From: Candidatus Caldarchaeales archaeon
GTDB taxonomy: Archaea > Thermoproteota > Nitrososphaeria_A > Caldarchaeales > Wolframiiraptoraceae
Direction of reading: 5' to 3'
Length of the DNA stretch: 42,615 nt
Assembly (NCBI GenBank): GCA_039630055.1
Contig: JBCNVN010000008.1
Location: forward strand, 1-42,615
Shown: positions 28,309 through 37,556 of the stretch, one piece after another
How the letters are laid out: the number at the start of each line of letters is the position of its first letter
Numbering within the stretch: position 1 is the first letter of the stretch
Position numbers and translations under genes: made by a program
Notes under the pieces: model-generated
The model's input: only the letters and a program-made list of their open reading frames with translations
The model's database searches: none
Told to the model about the DNA's origin: nothing

Positions 28309-29379
28309 ATGAGGATTGTAAATAACGAAGAGAAGATGAAAGAGGCGGAGGCGATACTTTTAGATTGTGATGGTACTATTATCGATGCCTCCAAGTCTTA
28401 TGATTTGGCCATAAAGCTCGCCACGGTCATAGTCCTAGACAAGCTATTCAACATAGAGATCAAGCTTGGTCGAGAGATTGAGAAGACGATAGAATCACTT
28501 AGGATGACTGGAGGATTCAATAACGATAGCGATACCACTTCAGCCATCATACAGGCCATTAGCATATTTCTACCCATAACAGTGGAATACAACATAGACA
28601 AATGGGAGAGGATCGAAGATATGAATGAGTATATCCATTCAGTTCAATGGGAGAGATCATATCCAGGGTTTGTCTCTACCGCCTTGGAATGGCTATCTAC
28701 CACAGTAGAGCTAGATAAAAATTATTTAGATTTAGAAATGATTGAGAGATTAATCGATGATAAAGCCTCAAGACTTTACACATCGAAGAGACTCTTAAAA
28801 CTGAGATCTTTCTTAAAATATCCAGGAGCCTTCGGCGAAAGCTTTCTCACAACTCTATTTGATGAAATATTTCTTGGAAGAGATGGGGTTAGAGAGAAGT
28901 ATGGACAAGAGCCACGATACGTAATCTACAGTGGAACCTTGAGCAATGAAAAGATCTTGATAAGTGAAGAATCTATAAGAAGGTTGACGAGTCTTTTCCC
29001 AAAGGGTATAGCATTGATTACCGGTCGAGGTAGATGGGAGACCGAGAAAACCCTTAAACCTATTCTAGATTACATAAATATGGAGGCATCTGTTTTTACC
29101 GCTGATAGAGGTTCAGATTTCGAGAAGCCAAGCCCTAAAGCAGTATTAGAAGTAGCAAGAATACTTCAATCTACTAAATTACTGTATGTTGGAAACTCTA
29201 TGGAAGATCTCCTAATGGCTTCATCAGCTTCTAGAGAGGGATTAGATGTAGGATTTATAGGGGTGGTTAATGATAGGGATAGAGCTAGAGAATTTGAGAT
29301 CCGTGGTGCAGATGCGATCATAGATGATATCAACGAGCTACCATTATTGATCCAAGAGGTCAAATTTGAAAGATGCTAA
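28309..29379 (+). CDS. HAD-superfamily hydrolase
   Basis: DCDGT motif I, ITGR motif II, KPSP and YVGNSMED. Confidence 0.8.
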   Translation: MRIVNNEEKMKEAEAILLDCDGTIIDASKSYDLAIKLATVIVLDKLFNIEIKLGREIEKTIESLRMTGGFNNDSDTTSAIIQAISIFLPITVEYNIDKWERIEDMNEYIHSVQWERSYPGFVSTALEWLSTTVELDKNYLDLEMIERLIDDKASRLYTSKRLLKLRSFLKYPGAFGESFLTTLFDEIFLGRDGVREKYGQEPRYVIYSGTLSNEKILISEESIRRLTSLFPKGIALITGRGRWETEKTLKPILDYINMEASVFTADRGSDFEKPSPKAVLEVARILQSTKLLYVGNSMEDLLMASSASREGLDVGFIGVVNDRDRAREFEIRGADAIIDDINELPLLIQEVKFERC

Positions 29380-29483
29380 GATTATTTTAGAAAGTCAACA
29401 AAAAGTATCATGTATTTGTATGTTTCTGGATGGAGGTATCTTATGAATCAGTGGTAGGGTTAGAGATCTTATCCATCTTCTCT

Positions 29484-30641
29484 TCAGATTATCGCTTTCA
29501 ACATTAATCTAAATAGGATGCTGGGTTTCATGAATATTCTTGAGAGAGAGGTAAACTGGAGATCCATGTCTCCCCTCTTAGATATCTCATCCAGAATGAA
29601 TCTATCATCCATCATCTTGAATAATTTATCAATTAATTTCGATGGCAAGCTTCTTATAATTCTAGTGATGCTAGCAATCCTATCCAACTCTTTTAAGAGA
29701 AGATCGATCTCTCTTACATGGCTTCTCGGTAGGTGGCCTTCCAAAAGTTGTGAAGATATTACCTTAGCGATGTGCTCTGCTATTAGCCCACCTACTATTA
29801 CTCCACCACCTGTACTAGCTTTAACATGACCTGCAGCATCTCCTACAGGTATAAACTTGGATTCGAAGTCGATCCTTAGCGGTCTACCAGTATATACTGC
29901 GTGGGAGGTTCTCCTGATTATATCTGATCTTGGAAATCTTTCTCTTAGAAATCTGTTCAACTTTATCTTCAGGTTTCTTCTAGATGCCACGCCAAGCTTA
30001 CCTAAGTTTTCATTGATCGGTATCAAATATGCAAAGAACTCGGGAAGATACTCTTCAAGGTAAATATAGACGTATCTGGGATCTAAACCATGATCTTTAA
30101 TCCAGAGCTGGATGATCGGTATCCACATATCTCTCTCGGTATTTTTCCTTAGTACTCTTCGGAGGATTATCGAGGACATCCCCTCAGCATCCACCACTCT
30201 CTTTGCTCTTATCTCATGTCCATCTTTCATCTTCACCACTAAGAGATCATCCGTAGAGTTTACTACATCTATTACCCTTCTACCTAGGATCATCTTTCCA
30301 CCTTTCCTCTCAAACTCTTGTGCCAAGAATTTATCTAGCTCCATCCTAGATGTAACGACGGCCACGGCTCTTCCAGCATCTATATGGATCATTCTATTGG
30401 TTGGAGAGTAAAAGTAGGCTCCTTCAACTATATTCTCTACATATTTGCTAGAGATATTTAGTCCTAGTTTTTCTAGGTTTCGGATATTGTATAATCCTGC
30501 ACAGTGTTCTGGGACACCTATCTCATCATGCTCTTCGATCAACACTGTTTCTAACCCACTTTCAGCCATAGTCTTTGCAGCTAGTAATCCTACAGCGCCT
30601 CCACCTATTACGACGACATCAACAACATTCTCTTCAGTCAT
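29484..30641 (-). CDS. Geranylgeranyl reductase-family FAD oxidoreductase
   Basis: VVVIGGGAVG, EHCAG, DAEG and VGDAAGHVKASTGGG. Confidence 0.85.
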   Translation of the reverse strand: MTEENVVDVVVIGGGAVGLLAAKTMAESGLETVLIEEHDEIGVPEHCAGLYNIRNLEKLGLNISSKYVENIVEGAYFYSPTNRMIHIDAGRAVAVVTSRMELDKFLAQEFERKGGKMILGRRVIDVVNSTDDLLVVKMKDGHEIRAKRVVDAEGMSSIILRRVLRKNTERDMWIPIIQLWIKDHGLDPRYVYIYLEEYLPEFFAYLIPINENLGKLGVASRRNLKIKLNRFLRERFPRSDIIRRTSHAVYTGRPLRIDFESKFIPVGDAAGHVKASTGGGVIVGGLIAEHIAKVISSQLLEGHLPRSHVREIDLLLKELDRIASITRIIRSLPSKLIDKLFKMMDDRFILDEISKRGDMDLQFTSLSRIFMKPSILFRLMLKAII

Positions 30642-30754
30642 TTTTGATTTAAAGATCTTTTGAACAATCTTATATCTTTTAGTGGAGGTTTTGTCTCTCG
30701 AGTTTTAAAAACTTAAAAAATTGCTCTAACTTAGAATCTTCTTAGCTGGAGGCG

Positions 30755-31039
30755 GTGACCATATTGAAAGCGAGAGCTCATATAATTATTGATGGGAGAG
30801 TTCAAGGAGTATTTTATAGAGCTAATACAAAGAAGATGGCTGAGAAGCTTGGTGTAAAAGGTTGGATAAGAAATCTTCCAGATGGAAGAGTTGAAGCAGT
30901 ATTTGAAGGAGAGAAAGAAGATATAAAGAAACTACTTTCATGGTGCTGGATAGGGCCGCCTGGTGCAAAGGTAACTAACATAGAGGTTAAATGGGAAGAG
31001 TATCTAGGAGAGTATGAAGAATTTCAGATACTCTATTGA
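30755..31039 (+). CDS. acyP: Acylphosphatase
   Basis: GRVQGVFYR, GWIRNLPDGRVE and GPPGAKV. Confidence 0.95.
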   Translation: MTILKARAHIIIDGRVQGVFYRANTKKMAEKLGVKGWIRNLPDGRVEAVFEGEKEDIKKLLSWCWIGPPGAKVTNIEVKWEEYLGEYEEFQILY

Positions 31040-31086
31040 TGAATATAACATGATATTATCGACATTTTGCAGAGAAGATTGTTATC

Positions 31087-32553
31087 TTATTCGGGGAGTC
31101 CTTGCTGAGAGATTCTTTTATAGTATTCTCTGCCAAAATCTGTCAGAGTATATCTTTTCCTAAACCTCTTATTTTTGATCTTATCGGAGATTAATGGTTG
31201 GATTAATCCTGCTGAAGCTAGTTCGGTTAAGTGCTCGTAGATCGATGGATACTTTATCTTTATACCGTATCTGGTGGCAAGCTCTTTCTGGATCCCATAT
31301 CCATGTAGAGGTTTTTCAGCCAGTAAACTCATTATCCTCCTCTTAGTTATCCCGATCATTTTATGCTGTCTAGTCATCTTACCCGTCTCAATCTCTATGA
31401 TGGACTGGATCGTTGAGGGATCCTTCATTCCAGAGCCTGTGACTATGTAGACTACAGTTTCATCTCTTTTAACGAGACCTAAGTTTAAAGCATCGATCAG
31501 GGTTGCAAGGGATACCGCTGCTGCAGGCTCAGCAAGTATCCCCTCACTCTTAGCAAGAACTTTTATCGCATCTAGTACCTGCTCTTCATTTACCGCCAAT
31601 ATTTCTCCATCAGATTCTCTTACAGCCTTTAATGCCATATGCCCCCAGACAGGGTTCGGCTCAGCGATGTCTGGAAAAACTACCCTAAAATTGGAGGAGG
31701 GCTCAAAAGTTTCTCTACCTTCTCTATAGGCTTCAGCTATAGGTGCACATGAAGAAACTTGGCCGCCGAGTATACTTGGAGGCCGATCTCGCAGTAGACC
31801 TATCTCTTCAACTTCCTTGATTGCTTTCCAAGATGCTGTAACGTGGGACCCGCTTCCAATAGGTATCAAGATCCAGTCGGGTGGATTCCAGTTGAGCTCT
31901 TCTAAGACTTCTAATGTACAGGTTTTGAAACCTTCTACTAGTAATGGGTTCGAAGATGTAATTATGTAGTTTTCATGTGGCCATGAGGTTGAGAAAGTTA
32001 GAATAGATGTAGGATCGTTGGTAAGGAAGACTTCTGCATTATATGCTAGTGCTTGTAATAATTTAACTTGTTCAACCCCTGGTTTTAGGTAGACTGAGCA
32101 TGGAATACCGGCTTTCGCTGAGTAGGCCGATATGGATACTGATAGATTTCCAGGAGCTATACAGATTATTCTCGAGATACCTAACTCAACATCTCTGCTA
32201 ATCTCTACCGTTGCACCTCTATCCGTAAAGGCTCCCGTAGGATTGGTTGATTCATTCTTAATGTAGAGTTTCCTTAAACCGATCATCTTTCCAAGCCCAT
32301 AAGAATGATGTAGATATGATCCACCCTCACCCATACTAATCGGATTGATCTTTATGGGTGGGAGAAGCTCGAGATATCTCCAGACACCCTTCGGTCTAGA
32401 GGTAAACTTCTCAGTTAGGTTAGAGTTATCTAGTAGATTAAGATCGTACTCGAGTAGGAATGGTGAGCCACATTTGCAGATGTTTTTAGTTAGGAGACTG
32501 TAGACCTCTTCTCTGCCACATCCTGAACACCTATATATGAGGTTCAATTTCAC
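31087..32553 (-). CDS. Threonine synthase-like fold-type II protein lacking the PLP lysine, fused to a C-terminal PadR-like winged HTH
   Basis: N-terminal CxxC...CxC, VWRY, MGEG, NPTGAFTDRG (canonical FKDRG), PIGSG, EGILAEPAAA and VTGSGMK, followed by LLAEKPLHGYGI...SIYEHLTELASAGLI...RKRYTLTDFG. Confidence 0.85.
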   Translation of the reverse strand: MKLNLIYRCSGCGREEVYSLLTKNICKCGSPFLLEYDLNLLDNSNLTEKFTSRPKGVWRYLELLPPIKINPISMGEGGSYLHHSYGLGKMIGLRKLYIKNESTNPTGAFTDRGATVEISRDVELGISRIICIAPGNLSVSISAYSAKAGIPCSVYLKPGVEQVKLLQALAYNAEVFLTNDPTSILTFSTSWPHENYIITSSNPLLVEGFKTCTLEVLEELNWNPPDWILIPIGSGSHVTASWKAIKEVEEIGLLRDRPPSILGGQVSSCAPIAEAYREGRETFEPSSNFRVVFPDIAEPNPVWGHMALKAVRESDGEILAVNEEQVLDAIKVLAKSEGILAEPAAAVSLATLIDALNLGLVKRDETVVYIVTGSGMKDPSTIQSIIEIETGKMTRQHKMIGITKRRIMSLLAEKPLHGYGIQKELATRYGIKIKYPSIYEHLTELASAGLIQPLISDKIKNKRFRKRYTLTDFGREYYKRISQQGLPE

Positions 32554-32608
32554 CTATATGTAGGGAATAGATTATATTATAGATTACCAGGATGTATTAA
32601 GGGTTGTC

Positions 32609-33322
32609 TTGAAGGTTAATTCTATAGGGATTAAGACGATAAGAGTAGCATTATCTACGGCTATCGTAGCGATAGCTACCAGTATCTTTACAGTATATGT
32701 TCCAGCTACTAGAGGATACTTCAATCTAGGAGAGACGATGATCTACTTTACAGCTCTATACTTTGGACCATTTATAGGAGCTTTTGCAGGAGGGATTGGA
32801 TCAGCATTGGCCGATATCCTTCTAGGTTATACGATCTATGCTCCAGCCACTCTAGTTATAAAAGCGGCTGAAGGTTGGACGGCTGGATACTTAGCCAAAA
32901 AGATATTGGGGAAAGAGAGGAATATCTTCAACTTTATATTATCTTTGATAGTGTCAACAGGCTACCTCTTCATAATACTGATTATAGGGTTGTATATCTT
33001 CTCTGGAGAGGTTGAGTTATCCCTCCAGATGCTGCCTTCACTTAGTGGGTTTATTCAACCTTATATCTGGTTTCCATTAGCGGTATTAGCTACTGCTACT
33101 CCAATATATCTAACTGTAAAATCTAAGAAGTCTGAAGGTCTTCTAGTACTCGTACTACTCCTATCTGGATTAGTAATGGTTTCAGGATACTTTATCTATC
33201 AACAGTTTATCTTGGGATACTATGCTGTAGCAGAAGTACCGGTAAACCTCGGCCAAGTAGTTTTAGGAGCTGCTGTAGCCATCCCTCTATATAGAGCTGT
33301 AAAAAGATTATCATCTAGATGA
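32609..33322 (+). CDS. ECF transporter substrate-specific (S) component
   Basis: VPATRGYFNLGE...FGPFIGAFAGGIGSALADILLGY..YAPATLVIK..EG, multiple TM helices and NLGQ. Confidence 0.85.
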   Translation: MKVNSIGIKTIRVALSTAIVAIATSIFTVYVPATRGYFNLGETMIYFTALYFGPFIGAFAGGIGSALADILLGYTIYAPATLVIKAAEGWTAGYLAKKILGKERNIFNFILSLIVSTGYLFIILIIGLYIFSGEVELSLQMLPSLSGFIQPYIWFPLAVLATATPIYLTVKSKKSEGLLVLVLLLSGLVMVSGYFIYQQFILGYYAVAEVPVNLGQVVLGAAVAIPLYRAVKRLSSR

Positions 33323-33725
33323 TGCCGATCGCGACTATCGATGGATACTTTGAGAGAATCTTCAAGATGATAGGCTTATAAGTGTAATAACGTTCTCCAT
33401 CATAAGGTATAAATCTTAATCCAGTCAATTTCTTCACTACTCCAGCCTCTACCTCACCACCATCTATAAAATATATGCTCTCTCCACTCTCGATACTTCT
33501 CCTAAATACTAGTGGTAGCCTTATCTTCTCCTTAAGCTCTTCTGGAAGAATGCTCTCTAAAAGCTCTAGCTCCCGTTTATCAAAGTAGTGTACACCTTTT
33601 ATGGTCTCAACAGATGGGACGTCCATATTCAAGAGAGTCTTTAATGGCAATCTGACTTTTGGAATATCCTTGTTTAGCTCTCTCAGCTGATATCTAAGCC
33701 ATTCATCTGAACTCTCTACAGACAA
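33315..33725 (-). CDS. DUF61/UPF0216-like protein
   Basis: LRELNKDIP..R..L..LL, HYFDKRELELL and RLPLVF resemble DUF61. Confidence 0.65.
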   Translation of the reverse strand: MSVESSDEWLRYQLRELNKDIPKVRLPLKTLLNMDVPSVETIKGVHYFDKRELELLESILPEELKEKIRLPLVFRRSIESGESIYFIDGGEVEAGVVKKLTGLRFIPYDGERYYTYKPIILKILSKYPSIVAIGII

Positions 33726-33831
33726 CCCCTATTCTAACGATATTCCAAATATATTAACCATTTTTTACAGAACAATTGTTAAGGAGAAAATCATTATATG
33801 ATACATTAATAATGAATGTTTAGAGTAGAGT

Positions 33832-36021
33832 ATGTGGAGTAATAGTGGGGGTAATAGTGGGGCGAAGAAAGAAATCCAACTGAGGGTTGCGGAAGCTAGA
33901 CAGAGAGATATTGGTAGAAAGATCGCTAGAGTTGATAGTAGAGCTCTTAGAGAGTTAAATCTTAGCCCAGGAGATCTTATAGAGATTGTCGGTAAGAGGT
34001 CTACCGTTGCTATTGTGTGGCCACCGTATAAAGAGGATGATGGAATGGGTCTCATCAGGATAGATGGTGAAGTAAGAAGAAATGCAGGTGTATCTGTTGG
34101 AGAGTATATCAGGATACAGAAGGCATCCGCTAAGCCTGCTACAAAGATTGTTCTAGCACCTTACGAGAATCTTCCATTTGTAGGAGATTTTGCAAGAATT
34201 GTCAAGAGCCAGTTGATGAACCTACCGGTAATGAAGGGGGATACAGTCATAGTACCCATACTTGGGATGGGGATAGAGTTGAAAGTAACTTCTACGAGCC
34301 CGACGAATGCAGTAATAGTTACAGAGACAACAGTTATAGAGGTAACCACATCTCCTGTGAAGAGGCTTGAAGAGGCCACAGGTGTAACATACGAAGATAT
34401 CGGTGGACTACATGAAGAGCTTCAGAGAATAAGGGAGATGATCGAGCTTCCCTTAAAGCATCCAGAACTCTTCCGACATCTAGGGATAGACCCTCCTAAG
34501 GGATTGATATTGTATGGTCCTCCAGGTACTGGTAAGACCTTGATAGCAAAAGCTATAGCTAATGAGACAGGCGCCCACTTTATCTCGATTAATGGACCTG
34601 AGATCATGAGCAAGTTTTATGGAGAGAGTGAGGCAAGACTTAGAGAAGTCTTCCAGGAAGCTGAACAGAATGCCCCAAGCATCATATTTATCGATGAGCT
34701 TGATGCTATAGCTCCTAAGAGAAGTGAAGTTACAGGAGAGGTAGAGAGGAGGGTTGTCTCACAGTTACTTGCCTTAATGGATGGGTTGAAGGGAAGGGGT
34801 CAAGTAATAGTTATAGGTGCAACTAATAGGATCGATGCAGTAGACCCAGCTTTAAGGAGACCTGGAAGATTTGATAGAGAGATAAGGATTGGGGTACCTG
34901 ATAGAAATGGTAGAAAAGAGATACTGCAGATCCATACTCGTAGGATGCCTCTTGCAGAAGATGTAGACTTAGATGAGATCGCAGATATTACTCATGGGTT
35001 TACAGGTGCAGATTTGGCTGCATTATGCCGTGAGGCGGCCATGAATGCTCTTAGAAGATTCTTGCCGAAAATAGATCTCGAGAAAGAGGTTATCCCTGCC
35101 GAGGTGTTGGAGCAGCTTAAAGTTTCTAGAGATGATTTTGCAAATGCTTTGAGGATGATCCAGCCCTCTGCCCTCAGAGAGGTAATATTGGAGATACCTA
35201 ATATCAAGTGGGAGGATGTAGGAGATCTTCAATCTATAAAACAGGAGCTCAAAGAAGCTGTTGAGTGGCCTCTGAAATATCCTGAAGTTTTCAAGAGGCT
35301 GGGGATAAGACCTCCTAGAGGGATCCTCCTCTACGGTCCTCCAGGCACAGGAAAGACCCTACTCGCTAAAGCCGTGGCCACAGAGTCTGAAGCTAACTTC
35401 ATATCTGTCAAAGGTCCTGAAGTCTTGAGTAAATGGGTTGGAGAATCTGAGAAAGCTGTGAGAGAGATATTCAGAAAGGCTAGAGAGACAGCTCCATGCA
35501 TAGTATTCTTCGATGAGCTTGATGCTATAGCTCCTAGAAGAGGGCTACATGCGGATGCAGGTGTAACAGATAGGATAGTAAACCAGCTTCTCACAGAGAT
35601 GGATGGGATACAGACGCTTAAAGGAGTCGTAATTATAGGCGCATCCAATAGACCTGACATACTCGACCCCGCACTTCTTAGACCTGGAAGATTCGATAGA
35701 GTCATCTACGTTCCTCCACCCGACATAGATGGAAGATACCAGATATTCCAGATACATACACGTGGAATGCCACTATCAGATGATGTTGACCTCAGTAAGC
35801 TTGCATCTATAACCGAGGGGTATACTGGAGCAGATATAGAAGCAGTATGTAGAGAGGCTGCGATACTCGCGATGCGTGAGAATATAAATGTTGAGAAGGT
35901 CAGTATGAGGCACTTCATGATGGCTCTAGAAAAGATCAAGCCGAGCATATCATCTGAACAGAAGAGGGAATATGAAAGAATATTGACAGACTTTAAGAGG
36001 TCTATGGCTTATATCTCATGA
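33832..36021 (+). CDS. cdc48: CDC48/VAT AAA+ ATPase
   Basis: N domain ([15 protein letters not shown]) and two AAA modules, each with [17 protein letters not shown]-type Walker B and RPGRFDR. Confidence 0.96.
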   Translation: MWSNSGGNSGAKKEIQLRVAEARQRDIGRKIARVDSRALRELNLSPGDLIEIVGKRSTVAIVWPPYKEDDGMGLIRIDGEVRRNAGVSVGEYIRIQKASAKPATKIVLAPYENLPFVGDFARIVKSQLMNLPVMKGDTVIVPILGMGIELKVTSTSPTNAVIVTETTVIEVTTSPVKRLEEATGVTYEDIGGLHEELQRIREMIELPLKHPELFRHLGIDPPKGLILYGPPGTGKTLIAKAIANETGAHFISINGPEIMSKFYGESEARLREVFQEAEQNAPSIIFIDELDAIAPKRSEVTGEVERRVVSQLLALMDGLKGRGQVIVIGATNRIDAVDPALRRPGRFDREIRIGVPDRNGRKEILQIHTRRMPLAEDVDLDEIADITHGFTGADLAALCREAAMNALRRFLPKIDLEKEVIPAEVLEQLKVSRDDFANALRMIQPSALREVILEIPNIKWEDVGDLQSIKQELKEAVEWPLKYPEVFKRLGIRPPRGILLYGPPGTGKTLLAKAVATESEANFISVKGPEVLSKWVGESEKAVREIFRKARETAPCIVFFDELDAIAPRRGLHADAGVTDRIVNQLLTEMDGIQTLKGVVIIGASNRPDILDPALLRPGRFDRVIYVPPPDIDGRYQIFQIHTRGMPLSDDVDLSKLASITEGYTGADIEAVCREAAILAMRENINVEKVSMRHFMMALEKIKPSISSEQKREYERILTDFKRSMAYIS

Positions 36022-36022
36022 A

Positions 36023-36733
36023 ATGACTGGGCTCGGAAAGGAATGGACTAAAACCATAAGAGCTCTATCGAAGATCTCGAGTTACTATAGAGAACTGAAT
36101 TCGGTTGTCTCTCTTGGCAATGATATAAAGATTAGAAGAGAAGCAATAGAGAAGTTTCTTAAACAGCCTCGGATAGTTCTAGATCTAGGATCTGGAGATG
36201 GAGTATCTACTGAGATAACAATCTTTACGAAACCATCTATTTATCTCGTAGTTATGCTCGACGTACTCTTAGAGATGTTAAAGAAAGCGAAGAGGATGGA
36301 TAACGTGGAGAAGGTTCAGGGAACTTTTGAGCATCTACCCTTTAGAGATTTAGGATTCGATAACATTATTGCAGCCTTCTCTCTACGCGATTCCATGAAT
36401 CTAGAAGAAGCATTATCTGAAATTAAAAGAGTAATGAATGACCGTGGAGGATTAGTTGTAGTTGATCTAGGTAAACCGAACCCTTATCTCAAGAGGTTTT
36501 TGATATATTTTTACTGGACTTTGATCGCACCCTTTATCGCAATGGTTAAGCTTGGATTTAGAGGTATTTTCGGTTGCTTAGAAATAGCGAGGACTCTAAA
36601 ACATCATCCAACCAATTCCAATCTTGCAGAAATCTATAAGAAATATTTTTTACATCTCGTTCTATTTGAAAAATTTATTGGTGGTGTAATACTACTTCAT
36701 GCTTCTAAAGAGTTTTTAAGAGAAGCTTCTTAA
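36023..36733 (+). CDS. UbiE/MenG-like class I SAM methyltransferase
   Basis: LNSVVSLGND, VLDLGSGDG, EHLPF, AFSLRD, EIKRV and DLGKP. Confidence 0.8.
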   Translation: MTGLGKEWTKTIRALSKISSYYRELNSVVSLGNDIKIRREAIEKFLKQPRIVLDLGSGDGVSTEITIFTKPSIYLVVMLDVLLEMLKKAKRMDNVEKVQGTFEHLPFRDLGFDNIIAAFSLRDSMNLEEALSEIKRVMNDRGGLVVVDLGKPNPYLKRFLIYFYWTLIAPFIAMVKLGFRGIFGCLEIARTLKHHPTNSNLAEIYKKYFLHLVLFEKFIGGVILLHASKEFLREAS

Positions 36734-37466
36734 AGTTGATAGCATCATCCTTCATAGAAATATTGTTAAACATTACGTAGACTTCTACTCTTCCCTCCCT
36801 CTCTTCTCTCTCAATGATTTTCAACAACCTATTCAGATCATCTAACGTATATCTATATGAGTAATTTGCTTCTTTACCTCCTATCCCATGAAGTCTAAAA
36901 TAGCCGATAGGATGATTGGAGACATTCTCAGATCTGAACGGGTCTGTAACATGTAGTATATCGAGCTTACTGCAAAGCTTTTTTACTTCATCTAAATGTT
37001 CTCTCCAATCCCCTCTCGGCTCCCATCCAATTAGACTCTTACCTCTCTCAACTGTAGAGAAGAACCCGACAATATTACTGATGTTTTCATCACTGTAGTT
37101 GAATGATGCAGGTGTTTGGAAGACTATTATCTTAGCATTCAATGCTTCTGCAACCTTGCATGTCTCAGCCCATGCCTCAATATTTTCTCTACTAGGCTTT
37201 AGTGAACCATATAATTCAGCTTTCGACTTAGATATCCTTAAACCACTCCTCCTCCAAGTAGGACTTTTAGATGGATGCGTTATGACTTGCCAAGCCTTCA
37301 TATTGAAGGTAAACTCGAATGGCGCATCTTCTCTCCATTTCTTTACAGTCTCTACTCTAGGAAGCCTATAGAAGGTTTCTTGAATTTCCACCGTATCGAA
37401 TACTTTGAAGTATTCTTTCTTCCCACCCTTAATACACCATCCACAACAACCAACCCTAACCATCAT
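36705..37466 (-). CDS. DUF72 family protein
   Basis: VGCCGW, VEIQETFYRLP, KAWQVITH, FQTPASF, WEPRG, YFRLHG and YVMFNN. Confidence 0.9.
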   Translation of the reverse strand: MMVRVGCCGWCIKGGKKEYFKVFDTVEIQETFYRLPRVETVKKWREDAPFEFTFNMKAWQVITHPSKSPTWRRSGLRISKSKAELYGSLKPSRENIEAWAETCKVAEALNAKIIVFQTPASFNYSDENISNIVGFFSTVERGKSLIGWEPRGDWREHLDEVKKLCSKLDILHVTDPFRSENVSNHPIGYFRLHGIGGKEANYSYRYTLDDLNRLLKIIEREEREGRVEVYVMFNNISMKDDAINFKKLLLKTL

Positions 37467-37556
37467 ATTCTTTATGTAATATTTTAGGGACCTCTTATAA
37501 ACAGATCTTTTAAATTCCTGTTTTTATATTACGTAAGAGTTTTTAGAAGATTAGAG

